A stretch of 64,000 nucleotides of DNA from Lingula anatina (taxonomy: Eukaryota > Animalia > Brachiopoda): assembly GCA_051362555.1 (NCBI GenBank), contig CM120648.1:8180587-8244586 (forward strand). Direction: 5' to 3'. Position numbers and translations under genes: made by a program. Each line of letters starts with the position of its first letter. Position 1 is the first letter of the stretch. Positions 1 through 13,959 of the stretch are shown piece by piece. The notes under the pieces were generated by a model. That model worked only from the letters and a program-made list of their open reading frames with translations. It was not told where the DNA came from and did no database searches.

Positions 1-3000
1 AAGTTCTCTGATATTTCTGGTAGATCAGCTAGTAAAACTTAATCCTGGTAAGTAAAAGTTTTCCTCAGTACATGCATTTGTGAGTATATCATCAACCTGA
101 TTTATATAATATGTCTTCTTCCCTTAGACATAAGAATTTTCTTCAGAGACAACACAATATTTTCAATTATCCATATGGTTCTACATCCAATGCTGATAAA
201 CATCTCACTGTTTCATGCAATATATTTCTGCTTGGTGATAGATCGGATCGTCGCTCATCTCGACGCTATTTCTGTCTAAAACTGACAGCATCTGCCTCAG
301 AAAACAGTCTCACATATGATAGAATTTTTAATCACCACTGCACAGCAATTATGTAATTATGTCACAGTGTCGGAGCATGCCTCATCTGCATACTAGTATC
401 CCTCCAGCAGTGAGTGCAGCCGTTTGCATCAAGACGTGTAGATGAATTTCATATCTCTCACAATTAAAGGCCCCCTGAAAAGTTCATCACTGCATGAGAC
501 TGTCTGAGGAGATGCTCGAATCTGCCAATTTAAAAAAAAAGTTTTCCGTGTCTTTCAAGTTCGCGTGACTGCCAGGGATTGTCTAGGTTGCTTTAGGGAT
601 TGAACGTCACAAATGTTGCTCGACTTCTCTCATGCAAGGTTGGTTCACATGTGGTCCTAAATCATTGCTGATTTCATGTGTCGCAGCATCGGCAAATAAT
701 CTCAGCTGTGCTTATTGAACGAAATCCTTCCAGATTGTATGGCAAATAAAATGCGAAACATACTGTACAGCTTAACTGTGTGTAGTCTGATACAAGATCT
801 AATGCATTTGTATCAATCACTCGTTCACTAAAATGGAATACTTTCTACATTATTTTCCTCTGGTTTCAGTCTGAGTTCCAAATATTGTGTATTTTTTAAG
901 TCCCTTTCATACAGTATATGATGTATTGGATGCACAGTTCTTATCTAAATTATTCAATAATTAAGGTACTGTAAGATATATTGCCTTGCTATTCCTGATA
1001 TCATTAATACATGTATATCAATAAAAAAGCAGATCACAGCATAAACATTTCAGGAATTGATGGTCAAGCCACCCCCAAATAGTCTGATGAGCAAGAATTA
1101 TGACCAGTGGGCAGAATTAATCCTCTGCCAAGGTCAGTTAATTAGTCTTACAATACTTGATCACATCAGGCTAATACTGCACAAGTCAATATTGTTCTTT
1201 TAAGATACTAAAAAGTTTCAGATCTTGTTACAAAAATTATTCTGGCGACCCTGATGTCACTGTTGTACTTCTTCTAAAGTGTTTTTTAATTCAAGATATT
1301 CTGTGCCCTTGCCTGACCTTGTAGTCAAAATCTGAAAATATGTCCAGTTAGGTGTCTTCTTCCTACTCTGATGAATCTAACACCACTAATTTTCAATAAA
1401 TTGAATATCAAGTGTCCAGTCACCTGCTGATTCGAACGACTGACCAAGCTGGTCACTTGATCAACCTTCTAATTAGTGCTAATTAGAACATATCCTGAAA
1501 TTAACTCAGCAGGGGAGGGCACTGATCGCTGCCCATTCACAGTTAATCACTTCTGGGCTCCTAAAATGAACATTAATCTAGATATTAGATCATTAATCTG
1601 AGTAAACTGCCTATTGTTTGAAATATAGACAATTGGTCAATCAAAATAAGCTTATATTTAATGTTTGACCATTGACCATCAGTCAAATGCTTTCAGAAAC
1701 GGTAGTTGCTCTCAGAAATGGTTGCTTGACCAGGGTAAATCTGAGTTCAGCCAACCTGAGACAGGATTTGGTAATTGTTTATAAGTCAATTGGTATAATT
1801 GCTATAACCAATATCTTTGTATTCTGATATTAAGATAGTGAAAGCCAAAGATCTGCCTCTTGTCTAAAGCCCTGTTATTCTACAATCAATCAGTGTTTAC
1901 TAGGGATACTGAACCAGTTATAAAGATGGCTAGACTTCAGTTACCCATTTTGTCATGGTTGTTTGATAAATATCTAAGCATTCAAAACTGAGAGTAAGAT
2001 TGTAGACGTGTATAAATGATAACAGTTAGTTGTAATCATACAATCAAGGAATTGTAAGGCTACAAAAAAGAAAATGTGTTACAGGCAGATTATTTGCGTG
2101 GTTTTAATAAACGGTAAATGTTTTCAATAATCAAATGTTTAAATGGCAATATTAGATACTACTCTTCACAAAATATAATGTCTAAGTATGAAAGGAATTA
2201 TGTTCCTTTTCAACAGATGTTCTTCTTAAATATTTATAGATACGTCTTTTGTCCAGATAAAATAATGTGTAAATTATATGTAAATTATAGAAATTTGCAG
2301 GATGAAGGCATCCTTTGTTCAGCTTCACATTATAAGGGTAAAATCTCCCAAATATAACACCTCTACTAAGCAACCAATTATTATTATTAGTAAATAAATA
2401 TGATTAATGTAGTTATTGTAAATATTATATATATAGTCTACTTTTATCTTAAAACAGGAAATATTTCAATTTTCCCTTAGTCGTGAGGTATAATGAAAAA
2501 TAAATCAATAATATAAATATAAAAATATATATCAATGTGACTTGTTATAATGAGCTTAAGTCTTAAGATTATTTATGTAATATATATAATGATTGTGAGT
2601 CTTTTTAATAGATATACATGCACCTGTAAACTAAGATTAAACAATATTTATCCTGAAATGAATTTCATTTGTCGAAGATTTGTGAATTGAAAATAAAATA
2701 AAAACTATCTTCCTAAGGTTTCTCTAAATATAGCTATCACATTATCTGAAATGATATTCAGTTGTCGTAGTTGTAACATGCCCTTTTTTTTCAATGCAGA
2801 TGGTTCAGCTTTGTCCCATAATATCTTCAGTTGTCATGGATACCAGTTTATGTTAGGTTTGCTTGTTGTGAAACGTCTTGTGTTTCCTTTGACGTTTTAT
2901 GTTTTCCAAATACAGCTTGACCTTCAGTTGCTTTATCAGCAGTCAACTATTTGTGGTTCGTCATAATTTCAGTTAAAACATAGTTGATCAAAATTTGCTG

Positions 3001-5710
3001 CTCACTTAAACACAACAATTTGTGTCCTCGAACTTTTTCTCATTGTTATCGTGTTCACAGATGTCAATGTAAGACGATTTCTCCATCACCATTCTATGTA
3101 AAGAATTGTAACTTGTTGTCACTTTCCCTTGAAAGACTGCATTTATCAAATACATTAGAAAACAATGTGTTTCTTCTGTCCTCCGTGAATATGTTGCAGT
3201 TATTGTTAAGCCAAGGTGTCAGAAACAGAAAGGTTTCTTCGTCATCATGGATTCAGTTTGTAAGTACACCCCTAAAGCCTTTGACACCCTATATAAAAGT
3301 GTGTTCACTAAGCCCCTTAATTCTACAGTGTCCAATGCTTTGCAGGCCAAGGGGAATAACATTTTTCTTTAAATCATCTCTTTTAGAAAATTTTCGCAGT
3401 GTCCCAGGCCTGCAATCTAGAGGCATCACTTTCTTAAATATTTTATTTAAACTAACATTAAGTTATAAAGATATGTATGTTGAATCATATTCTGGGTTGT
3501 TTAGGACTTATAATTGCTATTCATCCACAATCTTGTCTCTTTTACCCATGGTTTCTGTCCTCTTGACTACTGCCCATTTGAAATTGAAGCCAAATCCTTC
3601 CTTGCTTGGCCTTATAAAGTTTTGACAGAAAATATTACTATTGATACACCTAGCAGTGGAGCAAACAAACAATACACAACAAGGCCCTTAATAAAAAAAA
3701 TAACCATGCCCAAACCATGTATAAGAGTAACTGAATTTTTATAACCCAAAAGCAGGGCAGTTCTTATACTAAAAAGGGTCCCCGCCTTCTGTATTTCTAA
3801 TATCAGGAATTGACAGACTTGCCAGAGCGGTAATTACAGCAGGAATAGATCCAAACACACACTTACACCGATACTTGGGTAAACTACAGCATTCATTAAA
3901 CACAAAAGAAAATACACACAATTTAATTTCATAACTCCCCGAGGCTAAGTGCCTGACCCTGGGGCAACCGCATACCATGTTTGAGAAAACAAAATGGCAC
4001 AACAACTTTGACAGGTATTTGAACAAAAGCATTGGAATAATACAAAGATGCGTTTAGACATTTACTTGAATCCAAACTTCTTCACTTCAGAAACACATCA
4101 CCAAAAAACCAAATTAATTAATATACCAAAAACGCTAAGACAGCTCAGAATAATACTGGCACATGGTAAGTAAATTTAGAGGTCACAACTGTAACAGACA
4201 AATTCATTCACACTGACCAGTAGTCAACAACTTCTTACTTAATAGGTGACACATCTGAACAGGACTCAAGAGTGTGAACCAAATCGATCCTGGATTGTAC
4301 CCTGGCAGATCCCATTGCCTCAGTGTAAATGTACTAAGTGTCACACGGGCAAACGTCACTGCTTTATTTTGACTGACAGCGCATGACCTCCTATTTATGA
4401 GGTTTCCAAATACAAATTGACAAAATAATTTTTTTTTTAAATCCCAGTAGATATGAGAGGGCAAAATTTAATAGGAGTCATACCTCATGTGCATTGGTGC
4501 TAAATGGAATAACATATCTGTTGGGTAATGCAGTAATGCAATATTAAAAGGAAAAGCAAACATAAAAATAAACATGAAACTTTCTACCTCAACTTTCTAC
4601 CAAAATTTGCCACAGTTGTGAAGTGGCAATCCTAGAAAATGATTTAAAATTCAGAGATAATTGGCAATTATATAATCCACCCAGAAACAGGTAGAAATTA
4701 GTTAAGTGCTCTTCATCTTTGACCCTCAGCTATAATGAGGGTAGGGAATACCCCCCCCCCCCCCTTTAATCACCAAACACCAAGATTAAAATAGCTCAAT
4801 CACCAAGACATATTCAGGTCTATCACCAATCACCAAGAACTCCTGAATCACATTTCATGCAGAATATTGGGCTCAAATAATGCATCATGCTTGAAAAATA
4901 AGGACAATCACACGGAACGTGAAAGGCATTCCCTTCCCTCTATAAGCACTCTTCTACTACAAAACCTTACATATATGAACGTACGTTGTATAATCCAGAT
5001 GCAAAACTAAGAATTGCTGTATTGCACCAGCAATTTATTTATTTATCTATTTACTTATTTATTTATTTATATGTATGCACTTTGGGGTATAAACATTGTA
5101 AATTAAAAACTATTTTTACTTTGAATTCAGTTTGCCAAAGTGATTCCTCTTTTATCACTTCCTGCTCTCTAAATAATAACAATTGAAGAGTAGATACTTT
5201 TCATCAATTTATCCCAAATTTGACTCAAACTGTACGACATGACTAACACCAAGTCAACCCAGCAAATGCATCACAATGATGTTGGGTCATATTGTCCCTA
5301 ACTGTGATGTTTATGTTAACCTCATTAAACTGTGTAAGCAAAGAAGAAATGAACTGGAAATATGTTTATGTTGGAGGACCATTGCACTTGTGATTGACAT
5401 AAATTCTCTCTCTCTTTCTCTCTCTCATTTCATTCCTGGCACATTTTCTGTCTTTCTCTTTCTTTTCTCATGCTCTGCCTCCTTATTTCCCATGGTATCC
5501 ACGAAGAACAACAACAAAGTTAAAGAAGCTAGGAAACCTTGCCTTGTGAAACTCTCTTTTAAAAACTTTACCCTTTAATTTGTCTACCATTTCAGGGGAT
5601 ATTTTACAGGAATGAAATCATTTTGGTATGTTCTGTTGAGATAATCTTTGTCTTATCATAGATCATGATCTCTATATTTTTACTTTTTTTTACAATTATA
5701 CCAGCTTTAA

Positions 5711-5890
5711 CAGGCCCGTAGCCAGGGGGGGTTCGGGGGGTTCGAAAGAACCCCCCTTTTGTGCTGAAAAAGGTCCACTCTGGGTAAAATTTGACATAAG
5801 TACATGGGGATTTTTCGTTAAAAGGTCCACTTTTTCAGAAAAAGAACCCCCCCCCCCCCCCCCCCTTTGAAATTGCTGGCTACGGGCCTG
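5711..5890. mobile_element. MITE family A (hAT-like non-autonomous DNA transposon)
   Basis: 15-bp TIRs CAGGCCCGTAGCCAG...CTGGCTACGGGCCTG with 5-bp TSD TTTAA on both sides. Homologous copies at 8288, 16748 and 17989. Confidence 0.9.
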
Positions 5891-7930
5891 TTTAATGTTT
5901 CAAGCTTGGACATAATAACGTTATTACGTCCAAGTTTCAAGCATCCTCCATTCAACTAGGTAATTGAAACAAATTACAAAATTTTATTTTTCACACATGG
6001 TCACCAGTTAAGTTACAAACGTACCTTTTTAAAAAAAGCATTGTCTTGCATTACATATACTTACCTCATCATTGTCCTTAGGCCCATCAGGTAGAAATGA
6101 TCCCTACCTAGCATAAAGGATCATAAAACAAACCAATCAGGTCTACCTTTTGGTAATTACTAAGTAAATTAGCACATAATTAATTTTTCATTTTCGCAAT
6201 GTAACTTTTTGTTTGTAACAACTGAAAAAAATTACTTGAGTTCAGCGAAGTGCAGCAAAATGAATAAGTTCACTTATTGTCAAAACACACTCTTTTCATA
6301 TACGTGTACATAACAATTGAATAGAATATTGTTTTATTAGTGAGGTGTTCTAAATATCAGATTAATTACCGTAAATGTTTACCTGACCTATAATTAAGTG
6401 CAGAAATAGTGGCACCTTTCGGTGCTGACCCCATAAATCAATCAATATACCAGCACTAATAACTCCGCTCTTAATACATTGTAATACTTCCTTCATTAAA
6501 TCAGTCAATTATCGGTCAACAAACTACAATTAATTAAAAACAATTGTGTTCTCATTTAACCCTGGTCAAAATAATATCAACAATTTTAATTCTGAACGTA
6601 AAAAACATGTAACACGTTTCATTTTAGAATTTTAAAAATCAACATCTAAAAAAATTGTACATATAGATTTTAAAAAATCTAAGCCACCTCATGCAAAGGC
6701 GTAACTATGAACTTCACCCATCAATTTGGAATACATTTCAAACCTCCGCTTCAAACAGAAGTTCTCACAATCATCTTATCATCTTATTCATTTATCATTA
6801 GATGCATATGTCACAACAGCAAAAATCTATTTGCAAAATACATTTATCAAAAAAAATAGGAAACCTCACCAACCTTGCTGGTCACTATCTGTATCAAATT
6901 GATCAGAAAGAGTGGTCAGTTTTCCTCCGAGATATTGTCCACTTCCATCCAACACTGTCTACATGATGGTCACTCAAAACTGCCTCTGCGGTCACTATAA
7001 CACGCAAGTGCAATTAAACTAAAGTCAATCATATGTTGTGGATTTGTCAAATTTTTTCTTGTGAACCAAATTCAAATTTGCCCCAAATAAAAGGCCACGG
7101 GTTTGTGCGTACAGTGTAAGTGCGTTTTTATTATTTCAACAATTCAGTATTTCCCACACTGTGTATTCTCTAGTTATTTCAACAGAGGAGCCCACCTGCC
7201 AAAACTCTACGGGTACAAATCAATACAGTAGTACATCTTTCATTTTCGTTGATCTATTGTATTGAACTTCTATTCCTAATATTTACTGTGAGAGGACTGC
7301 CTGAGGACTTACGTATTCCTCTTCTTTATATTGTAAACGTGTTTGCGGAAATTAGTGTCAATATAATTCAGGTGCAAAATTGGACACTTTCTAAAAGGAG
7401 ACGGGATGTGTGTGCGTGAATTTGTGTGGGATTGCAGGGGGGGGGGGGTTACACCAAAGTTGACACAGTGGTTACGCCCTCCCCCCTCCTCCCCCTTCCT
7501 CTCCATCCACCCAAGCTTACGTAAGTCTATAAAAATATTCAGAAAAGAGAGGTGTAGAGGAGATGCTGTGTGGGTGTGTGCGTGAAAAAAAACAAAAAAA
7601 AAAAAAAGGAAAAGAAAAGAAAAGAAAAAGAGAGAAAATGATAACAAGAAATGGAATAAAGGATATTTAAAAAATACTTGCGTTGTAAAAAAAGTATTTG
7701 CACTTGGTTTTCATAAAAAAGGTCATTTCTTTACAGTGTACGTGTTATATTACACTCATCTTCACATGGGTCAACTTTTCTTCTTCTTCTTCTTCGGCTT
7801 CTTTTTCAACAAAAACGCATGGCGTTATCATCGCCATAACTGGAAATCTGCCCATACCATTTCAGTAAGTTACGTAGAGGGGGTGACCAGACCACGCTTG
7901 GCTGGACTGGATCCATCTGATTATAGCTAA

Positions 7931-8162
7931 ACCCCTTTACACTGCTAGACGGCGTCTTTTCTGCTTCCCGTAGAACGGCTCCGTTTGAGAGTCAAAAAAA
8001 AAAAAAAAAAAAAAACTTTACGTGCCGACAACTGGCCGATCATTGAGCATTCATTCTGCAACCAAAGCGATGCTTGTGCCTCATTTCTACAACCAGAGCG
8101 ATGTCAGTTTCATGTTCGCACTAAGGACGCAGGAAGGACGCCGCCCAGTGTAAAAGGGATTT
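7931..8162. mobile_element. Foldback MITE remnant (PIF/Harbinger-like)
   Basis: Imperfect terminal inverted repeats ACCCCTTTACACTG..GGCGTCTTTTCTGC / GCAGGAAGGACGCC..CAGTGTAAAAGGGA. Superfamily assignment is inference. Confidence 0.5.
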
Positions 8163-8237
8163 AACAGAACACAACTCAAAACACATGAACCAGATGGGAT
8201 TACTTGTTAACTCAACCAATGCAATCGCCTTTGCCGG

Positions 8238-8590
8238 TGTGACGAAACTGAGGGCCGTGTAACAGGGAGTCCGCCTTTCATTTAGGTCAGGGCTTTTTTT
8301 TTTTGGGGGGGGGGGGGGGGGGGTTTCGGAGGGTTCGAAAGAATCGCCCTTTTTGCTGGGAAAAGGTCCACTCTGGATAAAATTAGATCTAGGTACATGA
8401 AGGTTTTATGGTAAAAGGTCCACTTATTCAGAAAACGAACCCCCCATTTGAAATTGCTGGCTACGGGCCTGTTAGGTACACTGGTTAGGGTTAGCCTAAC
8501 CTAAGTGGATCAAAATTTAGGGCGAGGCTTACCTGTACAAATGAATGGGAAGCGGATTCTGTATCATGGAGGACTCTGTGCCACGTTACA
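8238..8590. mobile_element. Ginger-like non-autonomous element carrying a nested family A MITE
   Basis: TGT...ACA termini with perfect CCGG 4-bp TSD (8234-8237 and 8591-8594), subterminal inverted repeats, and an internal GGTTAGGGTTAG motif. Confidence 0.65.
8288..8471. mobile_element. MITE family A copy (left TIR degraded), nested
   Basis: Internal sequence matches 5711-5890 and the right TIR is intact. Flanked by the 6-bp direct repeat TTAGGT. Confidence 0.85.
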
Positions 8591-10226
8591 CCGGTCATTT
8601 GTGATGAAGGAGCGAGCTGCCGCATGGGGAATGGTGCTACTCCAAGCTAGAGACCAGCTGAGTGATGGCGTTAATTTCAAGCAAAAATTTTCGCTGAGAA
8701 AAAAATTGTCAAGAATTAGTCATGATCAGAGACAAAGTTGTTTATGTCTAGTGAACGACTGATCAGTGGGCCTGGTAGAGGGTGGGGGGGGGGGGGGGTG
8801 CCGACTTCAAACCACCGGTGACCCATGCTTGGTTGTCACCTTGATTAATTAATTAACCTTAAAAATACACAGAAAACAACTTTAGAATAGGGGAGACCGG
8901 GGCTAGTTGGACTCCTGGGTTAGTTGCCCCCCCCCCCCCCCCCCCCATCAATTTATGACAAAGTAACTATGGGGTAAAAGAATTGATCACATCATTTTGT
9001 AAAGTGACAGTATATAGGAATAGGCCTATATGGCGATTTCATGAAATTCCTTTTAAAACGATTTCCAACTCCAAGCATAAAAACAACGTGTTTTTTTCCT
9101 GCAGTCAATCATAAATCTTTCCATATACCACACCAATACTAATGCATTTTTTCCTATTGAAAAGAAGTTCCTGAAATTTAGGTCTCGCTCCTAGCTGGTG
9201 AGCCATCGCCTAAAGATGTTTTATTATATAATATCGATAAGGGGGGGGGGGGGGCAATGATGCCGGTCAAATCAAGTTGCATAGGGGAGAAATTGGGGGT
9301 GAAATTGTATTGTTTGTAGTTTATCTTACTGTCATTATAAAAGAATTAAAATAGAGACAATGATAACGAATTAAAGCACAACTACATTTATCTCCAACGC
9401 GACCGTAGGAAATGGAGAAATGTGCCATGAAATAGCCAAAGACATATTTGTGAATATCAAGTGAAAAGCAACCCGAGGCCGTGATAGAGGGTAGTTATGA
9501 CGTTGGTTGGAAGATTACGGAACAGGAGTTTCAGACAAACAATTATTAATATATAGCCTAATTCCGTAGTAATTACTAGGCAAGGTAGGCCTACACCTTA
9601 ATTACACACGTTTAAATCGCTTGTTTTTGGCAGTACCTCTGGGTCATGTAACAAATATGGAGGCAATCTTCTTATCGTCATCGGAAGCGACGCATTGCAT
9701 TACTCATTATTATCTGGTAATAGAGATTGACAACCGGGATATTACTAATTAAACACCACAAAATCCCTAGAAAATAATACGGTAGTTAGGCGATCTTTTC
9801 AGAGACGGGGGGTGAATTTTACAGATAATGCATATTCTAAGTCATATTTTTAAGATTTTTAAATGTTTAAAAACATTCCTATTAAGTGGAGGCAACTAAA
9901 TTAAAATGTAGACTTCTCTTTACTACTACTCCTTGCAGTAAAAGCACTACAAATGCTATAAAGAAATATAATTTTTGAGATTATAAAAATATATATCCGA
10001 AAGTTTGATGATTTTTGCCCATTGAAAATATGCATCGCAAAATTCTAAATAAGCTATCATGATTTGGCAACTGAAAAGGGCAGACACTCGAAAACCCCAC
10101 CACAAGAAAGAAAGCGCAATCACTGCCACAATGAAATTGAAGAAAATGTACGCTTCAGAAGAAATTTTTATCTAAAAAGTCTGATTTGGGAAATGGTGAC
10201 TTGTTTAGTTAAAGGGAAATAATAAT

Positions 10227-10693
10227 GAAAAGCACTCCGAGAGCGCAGACCTCCGCCAAGGCAGCAAAGTCTCCACCCAATGCCGTTTCACCCCTAAATT
10301 TTCATTCTATAATGATTTATTTATTTATTTTTTTTTTCATTTTTGATTACTGATTGATTAATGATCCGGATCACCACCAAAAACAGGGCCGTAGCCTGAG
10401 CAAAATGTCAGTGGGGGCAGTAAGCGGACACGAGGGGGCGAAGCCCCCGAGGGGGGAGGGGTTGTCCCCCTACCAGTGTGGAAATTCTAAATCCCAGGGG
10501 GGGGCAGATGCCCCCCCTGCCCCCCCGGAGGCTACGGCCCTGAAAAACTAATCATCTGTTCCTTGGCCCACTTCTGACAGTTCCTGAAAATTTCATCAAA
10601 ATCGGTCCATAACTTTTTATGTAATGTTGCTAACAGACAGACAGACAGACAAACTAACGGAACCAAAAACATAACCTACTTGGCGGAGGTAAT
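10227..10693 (+). mobile_element. Non-autonomous Helentron/HINE-type element
   Basis: 5' ACCTCCGCCAAG and 3' CTTGGCGGAGGT sub-terminal inverted repeats, terminal palindrome ACCTACTTGGCGGAGGT, and an (ACAG)n microsatellite near the 3' end. Confidence 0.7.
10384..10542. mobile_element. hAT-like MITE related to family A, nested in the HINE
   Basis: TIRs CAGGGCCGTAGCCT...AGGCTACGGCCCTG flanked by AAAAA on both sides. Confidence 0.8.
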
Positions 10694-10977
10694 TATCTCT
10701 CGGCCGTGCATGCAGTATCACATGTAAATACACTGCGAATAGCAAAGTACTGGCGTACTATTTGTATCTCGTAATCATTCTAGGACACATGATGATAAAA
10801 AACTTTGTCGTTTGGATTTGTGACTGCAATAATCAAATTAACGACTTTCAACGAATTAATGGTGATAGTTTAGATAAACAACCGCTACTTATGGAAAAAA
10901 CGTGTTAATAAGTTATACTAATACGCCTGGTGTTTTTATTCACAGTTCATACTTGTAGACGCATCAGCTAATTTAAT

Positions 10978-11200
10978 AAGGCCGCTTTAATTACACTATA
11001 GGCGCATTAACTACCAAAGTTAATCCGCGGACTAACAGATTCGCTAATCAAATATGGCCGAACCACTTGAAAGCTTACCGCGTTATCCCTGCGGGGAATC
11101 TATTCTACTAGGGAATTATGCAACAAGCTTCCGAATAGGTCGGCCATATTGGATCTGCGGATCTGTTAACTCCCGACCAATTTGTTCTGAATGAGGCCTA
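10978..11200. mobile_element. Foldback MITE (Harbinger-like), with a second copy at ~30240-30480 in opposite orientation
   Basis: Internal inverted repeats ACTAACAGAT..CAAATATGGCCGA / TCGGCCATATTGGATC..GATCTGTTA. The core GAATAGATTCCC-GCAGGGAT-ACGC is shared with 30240-30480. Confidence 0.6.
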
Positions 11201-11818
11201 TATTTAAACTGTTTTTATAGTACATATATATATATTGCGTGCACTTTTCCATTTTCCAAGGCACATGTGCATCTTACAAGTTATCTGATCTCGTGTACAC
11301 TTCACGTAAAATGACAGAGGGACAGAGGGTCGGCTATATCAGTCTGATGATCAGATAATGTCACAAAGCCATAAACAATCTTTTCCAATTACCAGAAAAT
11401 GGGGATAAAATAAAACAATCTGTTCCCCTTGATGTTCAGTTTTTTGTAGTTCATCGACTGGAAGTAAAGCACTTAAAGGGATAACATCTGTTCGTTTTGG
11501 CCAAAAATTGAATTTTCCTGGAGTAAACAACAATTTTCCATACTTACCAATGGTTAATGAATCCATTTCTACATTCAAAGTTAGTCCCTGTTTCTTTTTC
11601 TTTTTCTTAAAAGTTTGTTTGTTTTGTTATAATCTCTTAAGGGATTATAACAGAGTATAGCCATCTATGGAGGTCACGTGGTCCGATGACAAGTTCAGAA
11701 ATCAGAATAATAGCTATAACTGCCGTTATTATATTATATATATTATATTTCTATGAGTTGTTTACAATGTTTTTATTGTGAAATATAGATCTCATACGAA
11801 GAGCTATTATCCAATTTA

Positions 11819-13213
11819 TTAAATGAAATTGTTTTCTGCAGTTTCGGAGGAACTGTCTCTTCGTCGGCAGTAATTTGCAATATCGTGAATTAAAGAACTA
11901 AGCCTTTTCCTAAACACGTAGGACCTCAGTGTGTATATGTAAGGATTAGCGCATGTATTTATAAATCTAAATGAACTTGCAATTACACCGATAATATACT
12001 GATTTATATCAAGACTTGACGATTGTGATTTAAATATTATAAAAATAATGAGAAAAGGCAATATACTAATTAGAAATATGACCAGTAAAAGTAAACTAGA
12101 CAAAATAACTTGCTGGTCTTTCTGTATGATTTTTACATAGTGCATGTCCGAACCTGTTTGCACCTCCATTACGTCGGTTGTTTCCTGTGCAATTATGTCT
12201 ATAGTGTCAGGGCTCACGTTGCCTCTTGTCCACCGAACTTGAGCATTCGTGTTAATTTTTCTTTGGGAAAATTGCGGTACATCTGTTCGCTGCGAGGTGG
12301 AGCAAGATGGAGCTCCGGATCCTGGTAGTTCCTGGGCGTCTCTGGCTGAAATGGCTTCTATTGCGGTTGGCGCGTTTCCTGTAGATTTTGGTATACATGT
12401 ATGAACACAATGGCTTTGTTGATGCTGTCGTGAGACACGCTCTATAGGAGTAAAAGTCGGAGAAAGTGATTCGTCTGTGTTGTTGCCACCATCCGCCATA
12501 AACATGTTGGCGACATTTGCAGACACTGTGTGTACGGTATGTCCAGTGTAGTAAGGTTTTACCAACTGGCGTTGTTTTAAAATTTTTTTCACGACTGACA
12601 AGTAAGATAATATTGTTACTGTAACGCAGGTCATTGCAAATGTATAAGCAATTTTAAATAAAACACTGCTAGGTTGTTTTCCGTCCTTCTGACATTGCAA
12701 AGGGAACACAAATTCCCTGTTAGATTCGGAAACAAATGCAAAGAATATGATGCCTAGAATCCAATGTGCAGTCAGGCATATTTTGAAAACATGCTTTGGG
12801 ATAGTCAGAGTAGGCTTGTGAAACTTGGCTGCTCGCAGGACACTTATACTGGCCAAAATAACGATATTCATAAATGGTCCTAGGGCTAAAACACGCCCTA
12901 TAGAGCAATTGATAGAAAGTGTCGATTCATCCCATGACCAAAGTGTCATAACGAATAACGGGCACCCAATTAAAGACATAAACAGATCAACGAGTGCTAA
13001 GTTAATGTGGAATGAATTCCACCATGTTTTCAGAGACGGAGTACTTCTTGTGATCATAATAACGCAAATGTTACCGAACGCTCCAAACACTGCCAATATA
13101 GCTGTAAATAGTGTCACGGTGATGTGTGTCCATCTTGTATCATCAAAAAATCCTGGCTGATTCCACAAGCTAGTGTTTTCTGTGGCGTTGTATCCGCTGG
13201 ACGAATTCCTCAT
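11819..13213 (-). CDS. Intronless rhodopsin-like (class A) orphan GPCR, 464 aa
   Basis: Seven hydrophobic segments, N-terminal N-glycosylation sequons, TM1 GN, TM2 NLALVD, TM3 Cys with a DRY variant (VLRA), TM6 Pro, TM7 NPYIY, and a long third intracellular loop. Confidence 0.9.
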   Translation of the reverse strand: MRNSSSGYNATENTSLWNQPGFFDDTRWTHITVTLFTAILAVFGAFGNICVIMITRSTPSLKTWWNSFHINLALVDLFMSLIGCPLFVMTLWSWDESTLSINCSIGRVLALGPFMNIVILASISVLRAAKFHKPTLTIPKHVFKICLTAHWILGIIFFAFVSESNREFVFPLQCQKDGKQPSSVLFKIAYTFAMTCVTVTILSYLSVVKKILKQRQLVKPYYTGHTVHTVSANVANMFMADGGNNTDESLSPTFTPIERVSRQHQQSHCVHTCIPKSTGNAPTAIEAISARDAQELPGSGAPSCSTSQRTDVPQFSQRKINTNAQVRWTRGNVSPDTIDIIAQETTDVMEVQTGSDMHYVKIIQKDQQVILSSLLLLVIFLISILPFLIIFIIFKSQSSSLDINQYIIGVIASSFRFINTCANPYIYTLRSYVFRKRLSSLIHDIANYCRRRDSSSETAENNFI

Positions 13214-13959
13214 TTTGTATATTGGTAGTGGTATTTTTTTTTACCGTTTTAAATACTGGTATGGCTAAAGAAAGAGGTCCAAATGTCGTCAATCCAGCCC
13301 GTTCGATATGTTCCTTCAATAATACGATATCAAGACGTGTGCCGACAGAATGCTCCACGTCATCATAATTACTGCCGCGTATAACATCCACAAACAACCT
13401 GGCAACGCAACTTGAATCCAGCCAGAATCATTATCAAAGCAGACCTGGAACAATCTTTACAACAGTGCTACAGACATCACGCGCGAAAAGAATACAAAGT
13501 CATCCTACATAATTTCATTATGTCCTTTAGACAAAAATTCCAGTTTTAAATCTTTTCAAAAAGTTAAAAAGAAAATAAAGTCCTTTTGAAGGTGATGTGT
13601 TAGAATATACTAGTACATACAACCCGCGTGTTTTCCACAAGCAGTTCTCAAACAACAAGAGTGAAAATGGTAATTCGGAACTTATTATCGACACACTTCA
13701 TTATAATTTTCAAAACATGATGAGTGGTGGATTTTGAAATACATGAATTAGAATGTAATGTAGATTAATATACAGAGACAATTTCAAAAATAATTGCGAC
13801 AACCGCCGTTTGGTGGTAAAATAGAATTCATTTTATTTCTATGAGTTGTTTACAATGTGTTTATTGTGAAATGTGGATCTCACACGAAGACTTGTTATCA
13901 CTTTAAGATGCTTAAAAATAGGCTAGTGGCTTGGGTTAAAAACAACTGTATTAACGTCA

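Noticed and set aside
380-485. GGCCCCCTGAAAAG resembling a histone stem-loop, with a nearby minus-strand LEGY*YA resembling the nested protein
   Set aside because: The stem does not pair, and the two pieces are in the wrong order for a gene copy.
2984-3625. 213-aa ORF
   Set aside because: Non-ATG start, no recognisable motif, and composition typical of random AT-rich sequence.
6865-7320. Possible minus-strand 5' exon(s) with GTGAG/GTAAG donors
   Set aside because: No supportable reading frame or downstream exons. They may be UTR exons, but this cannot be shown from sequence alone.
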